Part shown: positions 9,218 through 18,335 of the stretch, piece by piece
How the letters are laid out: the number at the start of each line of letters is the position of its first letter
Position numbering within the stretch: the stretch's first letter is position 1
Assembly (NCBI GenBank): GCA_903865745.1
Contig: CAIPKV010000025.1
Span: 1,907-65,906, forward strand
Reading direction: 5' to 3'
Length of the DNA: 64,000 bases
Source of the DNA: an uncultured Verrucomicrobia subdivision 3 bacterium
GTDB lineage: Bacteria > Verrucomicrobiota > Verrucomicrobiia > Limisphaerales > UBA11358
Position numbers and translations under genes: made by a program
Notes under the pieces: model-generated
What the model was told of the DNA's origin: nothing
Seen by the model: the letters and a program-made list of their open reading frames with translations, nothing else
The model's database searches: none

Positions 9218-11137
9218 ATGGCTTATTCGCGGAACAACCTGGATTGGATGTGCGAACGCGGCATCTTGGCGCTCGTCATCGGGATGCTGATGTTCGCACC
9301 GCTGGCGTTTGGCGCGGTGGATACCTGGGCTTGGCTGGTCGTGCAGGTGCTGGCCGCGGGAGTCTTCCTGCTATGGATCGCGCGGCTGTGGTTGAACCCC
9401 AAACCCCGGCTGCTCTGGCCGCCACTGGCGTGGGTGGTGCTGGCCTTCATGGTCTATGCCGTGGCGCGCTGGTGGACGGCGGATATCGAGTACGTGGCGC
9501 GGTTGGAGACGCTTCAGGTCTTGGTGTTTGGCTTCGTGTTTTTCGCAGCGCTAAATAATCTGCGGGGGCAGGAGGAAATTTCAGCGGTCAGCACTGCGCT
9601 CATCGTGACGGGCACATTTTCGGCGTGCTACGCAGTGGCACAGATGACGCATCATAGCAATCAGGTCTGGAATGAGATTTCGCCCTATCTCAACCGTGCG
9701 TCGGGCACTTACATCTCCCCGAACGACTTGGCGGGCTATCTGGCGCTGCTGCTGCCGCTGGCGCTCGCTTATCTGCTGGTCGGCAAATTGCATATCGTTA
9801 CGCGCATTCTTTTGATCTATGCGGCCATCGCCATGGCCGCCGGATTGGCGGTGACGTTTTCGCGCGCGGGTTATATCGCGGCGGCAGCGGGGATTGTGCT
9901 GCTATTGGGAATTTTACTCTTTCATGGCAATCATCGGCTGAAAGCGGTGGTGCTCCTCGCCGTGCTGCTGGCCGGCGGCGGGTTTGCGACGACACATTAT
10001 CTGTCGAAGACGCTAGGCTACATGCGGCGCGTGGCCGAACCCGGCGCGACGCTAAGCGTGGATGTGGTCGGCGATAGCTCGAGCACGCGCTGGTCATTGT
10101 GGCAGGCGGCGGGGCGGATGTGGCTGGATCACCCGTGGTTTGGCGTGGGGCCGGCGCACTATGACTATCTTTTCCGCAAGTACCGTCCGGAAACGCTGCA
10201 GTTGCGTCCGGACCGGGCGCATAATGATTATATTAATCTGCTGGCAGATTGGGGCACCGTGGGCGGCGGGATTGTGTTGGCAGGCATGGGCATCTTCGTT
10301 TTCTGGTTAAGAAAAAGCTGGCCACACGTGCGCCGCGATGAAAACGCCTTTGGCACCGGGCAGAGCAACCGTTTTGCGTTTTTTTTAGGCGCAGCGTGCG
10401 GGCTAACGGCGTTGGCAGTGCATTCGGCGATGGATTTTGATTTGCACATCCCGGCCATCGCGCTGACAGGCGTGACGTTGCTAGCGCTCGCAGCGAGTAC
10501 CGCCCGATATGCAACGGAACGCTGGTGGTATCGGCCACAGCTTCCGGCGAAGCTGGCTGGCACGGCGGCATTAGGGGTGACGGCGTTTTACTTGTCCGCG
10601 CAGGCGTTCCGGCTGGGCAACGAGTCAAAGTGGCTGGCGCAGGCGCAGGCGCTGCCGATATTCTCATCGGAACGAGCCGCGACTTTGGCCCAGGCTTATG
10701 CGGCTGAGCCGAAAAACTTCGCGACCGCCTATGCCATTGGCGAATGCTACCGGACCCAGAGCCTGACCGGCGGACACGATTACATCGAGCTTGGGCAGAA
10801 AGCCTTGGACTGGTATGCGCGCGCCATCCGCAATAATCCACTGGATGGCTACAGCTATCTGCGCACGGGCATGTGTCTGGACTGGTTGGACCGAACCGCA
10901 GAGTCGGGACCGGCTTATCGCGCGGCGGAAAGCTGCGAGCCGAATGGGTATTATTTGGTGGCGAACATTGGCTGGCATTACGTTCAAACTGGCGATTATG
11001 CGGCCGCCGAGGAATGGTTCAAGCGGTCGTTGAGGCTGAGCGGGAACAACCCAATCGCCGAAAACTACCTGGCGATTTGCGAGGCCAAACTGGCGGAGCG
11101 AGCGTCGGGACGGCCGCAATTACCGGCGAATTATTGA
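9218..11137 (+). CDS. O-antigen ligase (Wzy_C/RfaL-like) family membrane protein with C-terminal TPR-like region
   Basis: About 10 TM helices and the motif RPDRAHNDYINLLADWG typical of O-antigen polymerase/ligase loops. The C-terminal soluble part has TPR-like repeats. ATG at 9218 is chosen because the ORF-track start at 9080 lies inside the palindrome. Confidence 0.8.
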   Translation: MAYSRNNLDWMCERGILALVIGMLMFAPLAFGAVDTWAWLVVQVLAAGVFLLWIARLWLNPKPRLLWPPLAWVVLAFMVYAVARWWTADIEYVARLETLQVLVFGFVFFAALNNLRGQEEISAVSTALIVTGTFSACYAVAQMTHHSNQVWNEISPYLNRASGTYISPNDLAGYLALLLPLALAYLLVGKLHIVTRILLIYAAIAMAAGLAVTFSRAGYIAAAAGIVLLLGILLFHGNHRLKAVVLLAVLLAGGGFATTHYLSKTLGYMRRVAEPGATLSVDVVGDSSSTRWSLWQAAGRMWLDHPWFGVGPAHYDYLFRKYRPETLQLRPDRAHNDYINLLADWGTVGGGIVLAGMGIFVFWLRKSWPHVRRDENAFGTGQSNRFAFFLGAACGLTALAVHSAMDFDLHIPAIALTGVTLLALAASTARYATERWWYRPQLPAKLAGTAALGVTAFYLSAQAFRLGNESKWLAQAQALPIFSSERAATLAQAYAAEPKNFATAYAIGECYRTQSLTGGHDYIELGQKALDWYARAIRNNPLDGYSYLRTGMCLDWLDRTAESGPAYRAAESCEPNGYYLVANIGWHYVQTGDYAAAEEWFKRSLRLSGNNPIAENYLAICEAKLAERASGRPQLPANY

Positions 11138-11160
11138 GGCGAAGTTGCGACGATTGTTCA

Positions 11161-11190
11161 TTGACAATTCTAGCTGGGCGCGGCTATATT
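11161..11190 (+). promoter_or_regulatory. Candidate sigma-70-type promoter for the FecR-like gene
   Basis: TTGACA (11161-11166), an 18-nt spacer, then TATATT (11185-11190). It lies about 35 nt upstream of the ATG at 11225. Confidence 0.3.
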
Positions 11191-11224
11191 TTTAATAGTT
11201 CAAAATCGGTATAAAAGATTTGTT

Positions 11225-12091
11225 ATGAAAAAATTTCAAGCTTTGGTTTTTTCCGCATTTTGCGGTGCGTTTGTTGGCTTGGCCATAACGGCTTCCGCGC
11301 AGTCGACGGCTAATTCTGCTTTCGCCACGGTAGTGCGGGTACAGGGCATTGCTAGCTATTCGCTGGGAGATGACAAATGGTATCCGCTGGTTGCCGGCAA
11401 AATTTTACCAGAAGGCGCCGTCATCCGCACTGGCTATAATGGTACAGTAGACGCCGTGCTCGGCAAAGACATCAACCTTCCTCGAGATCTCCAGCAGTCA
11501 GCCCCTGGACCGGAGAGTCCTGCGCTAGCTCCCGATGCGCCGGTACGCGGATTGATTAGCTACAAACCCGCAGCAGAACAAAATGTTGTGCGGCTTACTC
11601 CGGACACCACTTTGGGCATCACCAAGCTGACTACTACCGATACCGGGGCTGACACAGTCAGCGATACTGAGCTGGATTTAAAAAAGGGGAAAATTTTTGC
11701 GAGCGTAAAAAAGCTGGCTGGCGCTTCGCAGTATCTAATCCGGTTGCCAAGCGGTATAGCCGGCGTGCGCGGCACTCAATTTAGTATTGAGGCGAGCGGC
11801 TTGACCGTTGTCTACGAGAGCACTGGCGGCGGTGTAGTACTCTCCTTGGTTTTGCCCGATGGCACAACTCGGACGGTCGTCTGCGGACCTGGCTCCAGTT
11901 ATGATCCGACCACCAATGTGGTTAACATCAATTCCGGTGAGGTGGGAGCTTTTCTGAAGAACCTGTTTAGCGCTATCCAGACGATACATTCCCCAGTTTC
12001 CGCAGTATGCGGAGATGGCACTTATATCTACGTTTCTCCAGTTCATGGTTACAACGGCGGGCACCACCATAGCGGTGGTAGCGGTGAGTGA
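11225..12091 (+). CDS. Secreted FecR-domain protein
   Basis: Signal peptide (FCGAFVGLAITASAQS). FecR-like segments VVRVQGIASYSLGDDKWYPLVAGKILPEGAVIRTG and LIRLPSGIAGVRGTQFSIE. His/Gly-rich C-terminus. Confidence 0.75.
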   Translation: MKKFQALVFSAFCGAFVGLAITASAQSTANSAFATVVRVQGIASYSLGDDKWYPLVAGKILPEGAVIRTGYNGTVDAVLGKDINLPRDLQQSAPGPESPALAPDAPVRGLISYKPAAEQNVVRLTPDTTLGITKLTTTDTGADTVSDTELDLKKGKIFASVKKLAGASQYLIRLPSGIAGVRGTQFSIEASGLTVVYESTGGGVVLSLVLPDGTTRTVVCGPGSSYDPTTNVVNINSGEVGAFLKNLFSAIQTIHSPVSAVCGDGTYIYVSPVHGYNGGHHHSGGSGE

Positions 12092-12147
12092 GATTACAAT
12101 GTACCAGCAATAAAAATTACCATTTAAAACATTTTTATACCATTTTT

Positions 12148-12184
12148 AACCAGCGCAGCCTTGAGTTGCGCTGGTTTTTTGTTT
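12148..12184 (+). terminator. Rho-independent terminator after the FecR-like gene
   Basis: Perfect 10-bp stem aaccagcgca / tgcgctggtt with a 9-nt loop, followed by TTTTTTGTTT. Confidence 0.65.
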
Positions 12185-12197
12185 AACCCCTCGGATT

Positions 12198-14423
12198 GTG
12201 AAGTTCAAGCGCCCCAAACTCACGCCAGTGCTGATCACGCTGGCTGTGCTCTTGCTTATCTACGGCGTCCAATCGCTGCGCTTTGATTTCCCTGAACGGC
12301 TGGAGCGCATGACTTATGATTTGCGCGTCCGCGCCGCAAGTGAGTTCCCCGCACCGGTGGCAACTAATCTGGCATTTGTTTCAATGGAGGAATCTAGCAT
12401 CCGCGTCGTGAAGAGCGGAGAACTGGGCTACCGTTTCGGCCTTCTATGGCCACGACAGGTTTACGGACGCGTGGTGGACGAGCTTGCCGCGCAAGGTGCA
12501 AAAGTTGCCGGCTTCGACGTGCTTTTTGGGGAGTTACGCCATGACCAGCAGGCCCCAGTGCTGTTGAACGACGGCACCGGAACCAACACTATCGAATCCG
12601 ATGATTTTTTCGCCGAGCAACTGCGTTACGCCAGCAACGTCATCCTCGCCGCCACGCCCGAAATTTATCCACCGCGACTCTTTGCCACGAATGCGCTCGC
12701 ACTCGGCGGCATTTCCACCGACCGCGATTCCGACGGAATTCTACGCCGAGTCCAGGCGTTTCGCGATATCCGGCATTGGCATCCGCTCATCGAAAGTTAT
12801 TGCGAGGAACATGGCATAGATCCGGGCTCCATCCAGTTGACGAAGGATAGAATCGTCCTACCTGACGCCGATGGTAGCACGACAGAAATCCCGCTGGACG
12901 AGCAGGGTGAAATGCTTTTGCGAACCAAAAAAATCAAGGTCAAACCCTTTATTTATGAACGGGTCTGGCACATGGGCATCGTTTTGGCTGCGCAGGAGCT
13001 CAAATTAGATTTGGCGCACGCCGTCGTGGATTTCCCGGGTGGAAAAATCATTTTGCGCGGTGAGGGCGGCATGGAACGCGTTATTCCCGTGGATGCCGAA
13101 GGCTATTTCCTTGTGGACTGGCGGCTCAAACCCAATGACCCACGCCTGTTCCGGCAGCCGATTGAAAACTTGCTTTGGCAGAATCATCAGCGACTACTCG
13201 GCGTCACGAACGAATTAGGCAGCGATTTTCGCGACAAAATTGTCGTCGTCGGTTCCGCCGCACAGGGCAACGACCTAACCGACCGGGGTGCCACGCCGCT
13301 GGAACACGACACGCTGCTTATAAGTAAACATTGGAACATCGCCAACATGGTCATAAACGGCGATTTCATCCGACGAACTAATGCGGCTGAAACCACCGCC
13401 ATCATCCTCCTACTCGGCTTGCTCACGGCGTTTCTGACGTGGGAACTAAGCGCACTTACCGCCTGCGTCGCCACTGTCCTGCTCGTCTTCGGCTACACAG
13501 CGTTTACTTTTGCCGTCTTCATCAAATTTCGGCTATGTTTGCCTTTGGTTTTTCCCGTTTTAGGTGCCATTTTGGTGGAACACATAAGCCTAGTGACTTA
13601 TCGCGTGGTTTTTGAAGAACGAGAAAAGCGCCACGTAAAATCAATTTTTTCTAAGATCGTCTCACCGGACGTGGTAAACGAATTACTTGGCGCGGAAAAA
13701 CTTTTGCTCGGCGGCACACGGCGCGAAATCACTGTTTTCTTCGCTGACGTTCGTGGCTTCACCACCTTCACCGACCAGTTGCAGGAGGATGTCATTGAAT
13801 ACGTACGCGCGCATAATGTAGATTTGAAGACGGCTGAAAGATATTTTGAGGAATCAGCTCGGGAAACATTAGAAGTCGTAAATCTTTACCTCGCCGCAGT
13901 CGCCGACGCCGTAAAAAGCCATAACGGCACACTTGATAAATATATTGGCGACTGCGTAATGGCATTTTGGAACGCTCCTGTGACGAATAACCAACATGCC
14001 CTCGCAGCGGTAAAGGCAGCAATCGAATCGCAGCGTGCCATTCGCCAATTAAACGAAAAACGGCTGGCAGAAAATGTCACTCGCGAGGCGGAGAATTCGA
14101 TTCGCATTACTGGTGGGCTGCCGCCGAAACCTATGCACATCGCACTGCAGCTTGGCACGGGCATAAACACCGGTACAGCCACCGTCGGCTTGATGGGCTC
14201 GAACCAGCATATCTTGAACTACACAGTTTTCGGGCGCGAAGTGAATCTCGCAAGCCGCCTCGAAGGTGTTTCGGGTAGCGGCCGAATCATCATCAGCGAT
14301 ACAACCTACAATCACTTGTTACGCCATGCACCCGTACTCGCTACGACCTGTAATGAACTTTTCCCCGTCCAGGTAAAGGGTATCAAAAATGCTGTCCGCA
14401 TTTACGAGGTGCCGTGGAAATAA
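12198..14423 (+). CDS. CHASE2 sensor domain adenylate/guanylate cyclase
   Basis: An N-terminal TM helix, a large periplasmic CHASE2-like domain and a block of 3 TM helices. This is followed by a class III cyclase domain (ITVFFADVRGFTTFT ... KYIGDCVMAFWNAP ... GINTGTATVGLMGS ... YTVFGREVNLASRLE). The start codon is GTG. Confidence 0.85.
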   Translation: MKFKRPKLTPVLITLAVLLLIYGVQSLRFDFPERLERMTYDLRVRAASEFPAPVATNLAFVSMEESSIRVVKSGELGYRFGLLWPRQVYGRVVDELAAQGAKVAGFDVLFGELRHDQQAPVLLNDGTGTNTIESDDFFAEQLRYASNVILAATPEIYPPRLFATNALALGGISTDRDSDGILRRVQAFRDIRHWHPLIESYCEEHGIDPGSIQLTKDRIVLPDADGSTTEIPLDEQGEMLLRTKKIKVKPFIYERVWHMGIVLAAQELKLDLAHAVVDFPGGKIILRGEGGMERVIPVDAEGYFLVDWRLKPNDPRLFRQPIENLLWQNHQRLLGVTNELGSDFRDKIVVVGSAAQGNDLTDRGATPLEHDTLLISKHWNIANMVINGDFIRRTNAAETTAIILLLGLLTAFLTWELSALTACVATVLLVFGYTAFTFAVFIKFRLCLPLVFPVLGAILVEHISLVTYRVVFEEREKRHVKSIFSKIVSPDVVNELLGAEKLLLGGTRREITVFFADVRGFTTFTDQLQEDVIEYVRAHNVDLKTAERYFEESARETLEVVNLYLAAVADAVKSHNGTLDKYIGDCVMAFWNAPVTNNQHALAAVKAAIESQRAIRQLNEKRLAENVTREAENSIRITGGLPPKPMHIALQLGTGINTGTATVGLMGSNQHILNYTVFGREVNLASRLEGVSGSGRIIISDTTYNHLLRHAPVLATTCNELFPVQVKGIKNAVRIYEVPWK

Positions 14424-14424
14424 T

Positions 14425-14511
14425 GTTTTTAATTTTTAGTTTTAAGTTTTAAGTTGAATTATTATTAAGGCGATAAAAGCCTGCTCGACTCAAAACTAAA
14501 AAAATTAAAAC
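14425..14511. repeat. AT-rich inverted-repeat element (copy 1)
   Basis: The arms gtttttaatttttagttttaag (14425-14446) and ctcaaaactaaaaaaattaaaac (14489-14511) are near-complementary. It shares the TTTAAGTTG and AAAACTAAAAA-TTAAA blocks with the element at 15691-15776. Confidence 0.6.
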
Positions 14512-14514
14512 ACA

Positions 14515-15003
14515 ATGAAGCGCACCGCGATTTATCCCGGCAGTTTTGACCCGCTAACGAACGGCCATTTGGACGTTATTCAGCGCGCGGCAAAGTTGTT
14601 CGACCGCGTTATCGTAGCCGTTGCAGAAAACGAAGGTAAACAGCCACTGTTTACGCTGACCGAGCGCGTGGCACTAGTAAAACAGGCTGTAACTAAGCTA
14701 CCAAACGTAGAAACCGACTCGTTTGACTGCCTACTTGTCGAATATGTTGCGGCAAGAAAAGCTCAGGCAATCGTACGCGGGCTGCGTGCGGTGTCGGACT
14801 TTGAATTTGAATTCCAGTTGGCGCTTATGAATCGCAAGCTAGACGAGAGTATAGAGACGATTTTTATGATGCCAAAGGATACCTACACATTTTTAAGTTC
14901 GCGCATCGTAAAGGAAATCGCCCGGCTCGGTGGCGACGTTCGTACGTTTGTGCCTCCAAATGTACAATCTGCACTTAAGAAAAAATTAAAGCCGGTCAAA
15001 TAG
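14515..15003 (+). CDS. coaD: Phosphopantetheine adenylyltransferase
   Basis: The N-terminus AIYPGSFDPLTNGHLDVIQRA is the canonical CoaD nucleotidyltransferase motif. Length is 162 aa. Confidence 0.95.
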   Translation: MKRTAIYPGSFDPLTNGHLDVIQRAAKLFDRVIVAVAENEGKQPLFTLTERVALVKQAVTKLPNVETDSFDCLLVEYVAARKAQAIVRGLRAVSDFEFEFQLALMNRKLDESIETIFMMPKDTYTFLSSRIVKEIARLGGDVRTFVPPNVQSALKKKLKPVK

Positions 15004-15014
15004 CCACCCGCAAA

Positions 15015-15494
15015 ATGTCATTAAAAATCAATCTACGTCATTTGGAAGAGGACGCCATTTGCCTCAAAGGTGAACTGCCGATGGCGGAACTGGACTTGGG
15101 TGTGAATGACGAGTTAATACACCTTGAAAAGCCCTTGCGTTACGATTTATCGGTGGAATTGCTGTATGACGCTGTTTTAGCGACCGGTTCGCTGCTGCTG
15201 CCGCTTGAATGCGAGTGTGGCCGCTGCCTGAAAAAGTTCAAAACCGAGCTAAAACTGGTCGGCTGGGCGGCTCATATGCCGCTTGAAGGCGAAGACAAGG
15301 TGCCTATTGAGAACGACTGTGTGGACTTGACTCCTTTCGTGCGGGAAGATATTCTGCTCAACTTTCCGCAACATCCGTTGTGCAAACCGGAGTGTGTTGG
15401 ATTGAAGAATAGAAGCGCCGCCTCTATGACTAAAACCGTTGAAAAACCGGTTTTGGACGTCTGGGCGGACCTAAACAAACTGAAAATCAAATAG
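15015..15494 (+). CDS. yceD: YceD/DUF177 family protein (23S rRNA accumulation protein)
   Basis: 159 aa with Cys pairs (CECGRC ... CKPEC). It occupies the conserved position immediately upstream of rpmF-plsX-fabH. Confidence 0.85.
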   Translation: MSLKINLRHLEEDAICLKGELPMAELDLGVNDELIHLEKPLRYDLSVELLYDAVLATGSLLLPLECECGRCLKKFKTELKLVGWAAHMPLEGEDKVPIENDCVDLTPFVREDILLNFPQHPLCKPECVGLKNRSAASMTKTVEKPVLDVWADLNKLKIK

Positions 15495-15499
15495 AATTT

Positions 15500-15688
15500 A
15501 TGGGCGTTCCAAAAAGAAAACCGTCAACGAGTCGGCAGCGTATGCGCCGAGCTTACAACAGCGTTCTCAAATTACCGCAGCTCGGCAAATGTCCGCAGTG
15601 CGACGCGCCGGCAATGCCGCACCGCGTATGTCCTGCCTGTGGCTTCTACAAGGGCCGTCAGGTATTGACCGTCACAGTGGGCGCGTGA
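15500..15688 (+). CDS. rpmF: 50S ribosomal protein L32
   Basis: MGVPKRKPSTSRQRMRRA followed by a CPQC...CPAC zinc ribbon. Length is 62 aa. Confidence 0.95.
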   Translation: MGVPKRKPSTSRQRMRRAYNSVLKLPQLGKCPQCDAPAMPHRVCPACGFYKGRQVLTVTVGA

Positions 15689-15690
15689 GA

Positions 15691-15776
15691 AGTTTTTAAA
15701 TTTGGTTTTTAACTTTAAGTTGGGGAAGCCGCAGCTGGTTTATTCACTTAAAACTAAAAATTAAAGACTAAAAACT
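15691..15776. repeat. AT-rich inverted-repeat element (copy 2)
   Basis: The arms agtttttaaatttggtttttaactttaagt (15691-15720) and acttaaaactaaaaattaaagactaaaaact (15746-15776) are near-complementary. It is a paralog of the element at 14425-14511. Confidence 0.6.
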
Positions 15777-15784
15777 TTTTCATC

Positions 15785-16819
15785 ATGCGAATCGCAGTGG
15801 ATGTCATGGGTGGTGACCACGGTTGCGGCGTAATCATTGCCGGCGCGAAAAGTGCTCTGGAAGAGAGCAAGGACATCACCGCCATCTACCTCGTCGGCAA
15901 TAAGACCGACATACACGCCGCTCTACCCCCGCGCGGATTTCGCGATCATCGCGTGCGCATTATCCACACCACCGAGGTAGTGGAGATGGAGGACAAACCG
16001 GTCGTAGCGTTGCGCAAAAAAAAGGATTCATCCATCGCCCGCGCAGCCGAACTCGTACGCGAAGGCGAAGCGGATGCCCTGATTTCCCTTGGCAACACCG
16101 GCGGGATTTTCGCGGCAGCAACCTTCAAAGTTGGCCGGATTGACGGTGTTGATCGCGGCTGCATCGCAACGGTTATTCCCCGGCAGACCAACGAGTTTGT
16201 GCTGCTTGACGCAGGCGCAAACGTCGAATGTAAGCCACTGCACCTCGCCCAGTTTGCTGTAATGGGCAACGTCTATTCGCGTGAGGTTTTGAAGCGCAAA
16301 AATCCGCGCGTTGGTGTTTTGAGCATCGGCTCGGAAGATTCCAAGGGCAACGACCTCACACTCGAAGCCTTCAAGCTCTGCAAAAAACTCGATCTGAACT
16401 TCATTGGCAACGTCGAGGGACATGACCTATTCAAAGACCGCGTGGACGTCGTCGTATGCGACGGCTTCGTAGGCAATATTGTTTTAAAGAGCGTCGAAAG
16501 CTTGGCTGTGGCGATGTTCTCGATGCTAAAGCGCGAGTTAATGCACACCACACAACGCAAGCTTGGTGCGTATCTGGCGAAAGGTGCGTTTCATACCATC
16601 CGCCGGCGCATGGACCCAGAAGTCTATGGTGGCGCGCCGTTGCTCGGCTTCAACGGGCTCGTGTTCAAGGCGCACGCGTCCGCGCGCGAACGCGCCGTGA
16701 CCAGTGCCATACGCGTCACTGCCAACGCAGTAAAAACCCAAATTAACCAGACCATCGCCCGCGACATCGCGGCGGCGAACAAAGTTCTCCTCGCCGAATC
16801 CGAAACTGTGAATAAATGA
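15785..16819 (+). CDS. plsX: Phosphate acyltransferase PlsX
   Basis: MRIAVDVMGGDHG at the N-terminus, PlsX-like sequence throughout, and conserved synteny with rpmF and fabH. Confidence 0.95.
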   Translation: MRIAVDVMGGDHGCGVIIAGAKSALEESKDITAIYLVGNKTDIHAALPPRGFRDHRVRIIHTTEVVEMEDKPVVALRKKKDSSIARAAELVREGEADALISLGNTGGIFAAATFKVGRIDGVDRGCIATVIPRQTNEFVLLDAGANVECKPLHLAQFAVMGNVYSREVLKRKNPRVGVLSIGSEDSKGNDLTLEAFKLCKKLDLNFIGNVEGHDLFKDRVDVVVCDGFVGNIVLKSVESLAVAMFSMLKRELMHTTQRKLGAYLAKGAFHTIRRRMDPEVYGGAPLLGFNGLVFKAHASARERAVTSAIRVTANAVKTQINQTIARDIAAANKVLLAESETVNK

Positions 16820-17829
16820 AAAATCCGCGTGCAAAGCACAATTTTCTCGGCCGCACATGCTCAATTACCGGCGTTGGATCGTATGTGCCGGATCGAATTT
16901 TGACGAATGCCGATCTGGAAAAAATGATTGAGACCTCGGATGAATGGATTACCACACGCACTGGCATCAAGGAGCGTCGCATCGCGGCGGCAGATGAATT
17001 CACCTCTGACCTTGCCGCCAAAGCCGCCCAACGCGCGATCGCAATGGCCGGCGTCACTGCCGAACAGATCGACCTGATTATTGTTGCCAGTATTACGCCC
17101 GATATGCCGTTTCCAAATACGGCGTGCCTCGTGCAGCAGAAAATCGGCGCACGGCGAATCCCTTCGTTTGATATCGAGGCGGCGTGTTCCGGCTTCATCT
17201 ACGCGTTGGAAATCGGCCACCAGTTCATCATGTCGCGCACCTACGAGACGGTGCTTGTCATAGGCGCGGAGAAACTTTCGTCCATTACCAACTGGAAGGA
17301 TCGCAACACCTGCGTTCTGTTCGGCGACGGCGCGGGCGCGGCAATTTTACAGAACCGTCCCTCTTCCCACGGGCTACTCACGACCGCACTGGGTGCAGAT
17401 GGCGGCAAAGCAGAACTACTTTCGATGCCGGGTGGCGGCAGCCGTTGTCCCGCCACGGCGCAGACCGTCACGGACGGGCTGCATTTTCTCCGCATGGACG
17501 GCAAGGAAACTTTCAAGAACGCCGTGCAAGCTATGTGTAGCGCGGCGACCGAGGTGCTGGAGCGCTGCGAAATTGATATCACCAAGATTAAGTGTGTCAT
17601 CCCCCACCAAGCAAACCGCCGCATCATTGACGCCGTCGGCGAACGACTGGGGGCCACGCCGGAACAGCTTTTCGTCAACCTCCACAAGTACGGCAACACC
17701 TCCGCTGCGTCGGTTGCCATTGCGCTGGACGAGGCCGTGCATTCTGGAAAAATCCAGCGCGGCGACCTAATTTTGATTATCGCATTCGGTGCGGGCTTAA
17801 CCTGGGGCGCAGCCGTGATCGAATGGTAA
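16816..17829 (+). CDS. fabH: 3-oxoacyl-ACP synthase III (KAS III)
   Basis: Active-site context AACSGF, plus the HQAN and GNTSAAS motifs. There is a 4-bp overlap with the plsX stop. Confidence 0.95.
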   Translation: MKNPRAKHNFLGRTCSITGVGSYVPDRILTNADLEKMIETSDEWITTRTGIKERRIAAADEFTSDLAAKAAQRAIAMAGVTAEQIDLIIVASITPDMPFPNTACLVQQKIGARRIPSFDIEAACSGFIYALEIGHQFIMSRTYETVLVIGAEKLSSITNWKDRNTCVLFGDGAGAAILQNRPSSHGLLTTALGADGGKAELLSMPGGGSRCPATAQTVTDGLHFLRMDGKETFKNAVQAMCSAATEVLERCEIDITKIKCVIPHQANRRIIDAVGERLGATPEQLFVNLHKYGNTSAASVAIALDEAVHSGKIQRGDLILIIAFGAGLTWGAAVIEW

Positions 17830-17876
17830 AAACTTAAATTTGACGTCATCCATTGACGTGCTACGTTTGATTAATT

Positions 17877-18215
17877 ATGAGTGCAAAGAAAATCGGAAGT
17901 CTGGGTTCAATTGGAAATTCCATAAGCATCGCGGGCCGCGAATCATCGTTAGCGCTTTGCGCCGAAAAAGTTTCCGTGCATAAGAGCGGCATCGAATTTT
18001 GCAGCCCTACACCATTCAACGAATGGTCTGAAATGACCGTTTCGCTCCAGTCGCCGATGGATGGCAGCCGTATATCTTGCCACGGGGTTGTGGTCGCCTG
18101 CGCTGGCAACAAACATTCCGGGTACCACGTTTCAATGCTATTTACCAGCCTCACGCCAACGGCGGAAAAACAGCTCGGCGCGATGGCACGCTCAGAATTT
18201 GGAACCGGCAGATAA
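17877..18215 (+). CDS. Small hypothetical protein (112 aa), possibly a PilZ-like fold
   Basis: Clean ORF followed by a terminator. It has weak PilZ-like beta-barrel features (VHKSGIEF...) but no clear RxxxR c-di-GMP motif. Confidence 0.45.
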   Translation: MSAKKIGSLGSIGNSISIAGRESSLALCAEKVSVHKSGIEFCSPTPFNEWSEMTVSLQSPMDGSRISCHGVVVACAGNKHSGYHVSMLFTSLTPTAEKQLGAMARSEFGTGR

Positions 18216-18234
18216 TCCGCTTTTCAAAATACTC

Positions 18235-18266
18235 AGCCCCGAACAAATGTTCGGGGTTATTTTTTT
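18235..18266 (+). terminator. Rho-independent terminator
   Basis: Stem agccccgaac / gttcggggtt (one G-U pair) with loop AAAT, followed by ATTTTTTT. Confidence 0.65.
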
Positions 18267-18335
18267 GACCGCATCGGAAAATTTTTCTAAACTTCAATAG
18301 TTCAATTTCACACTCAAAACATCGCTCGTCATAAT

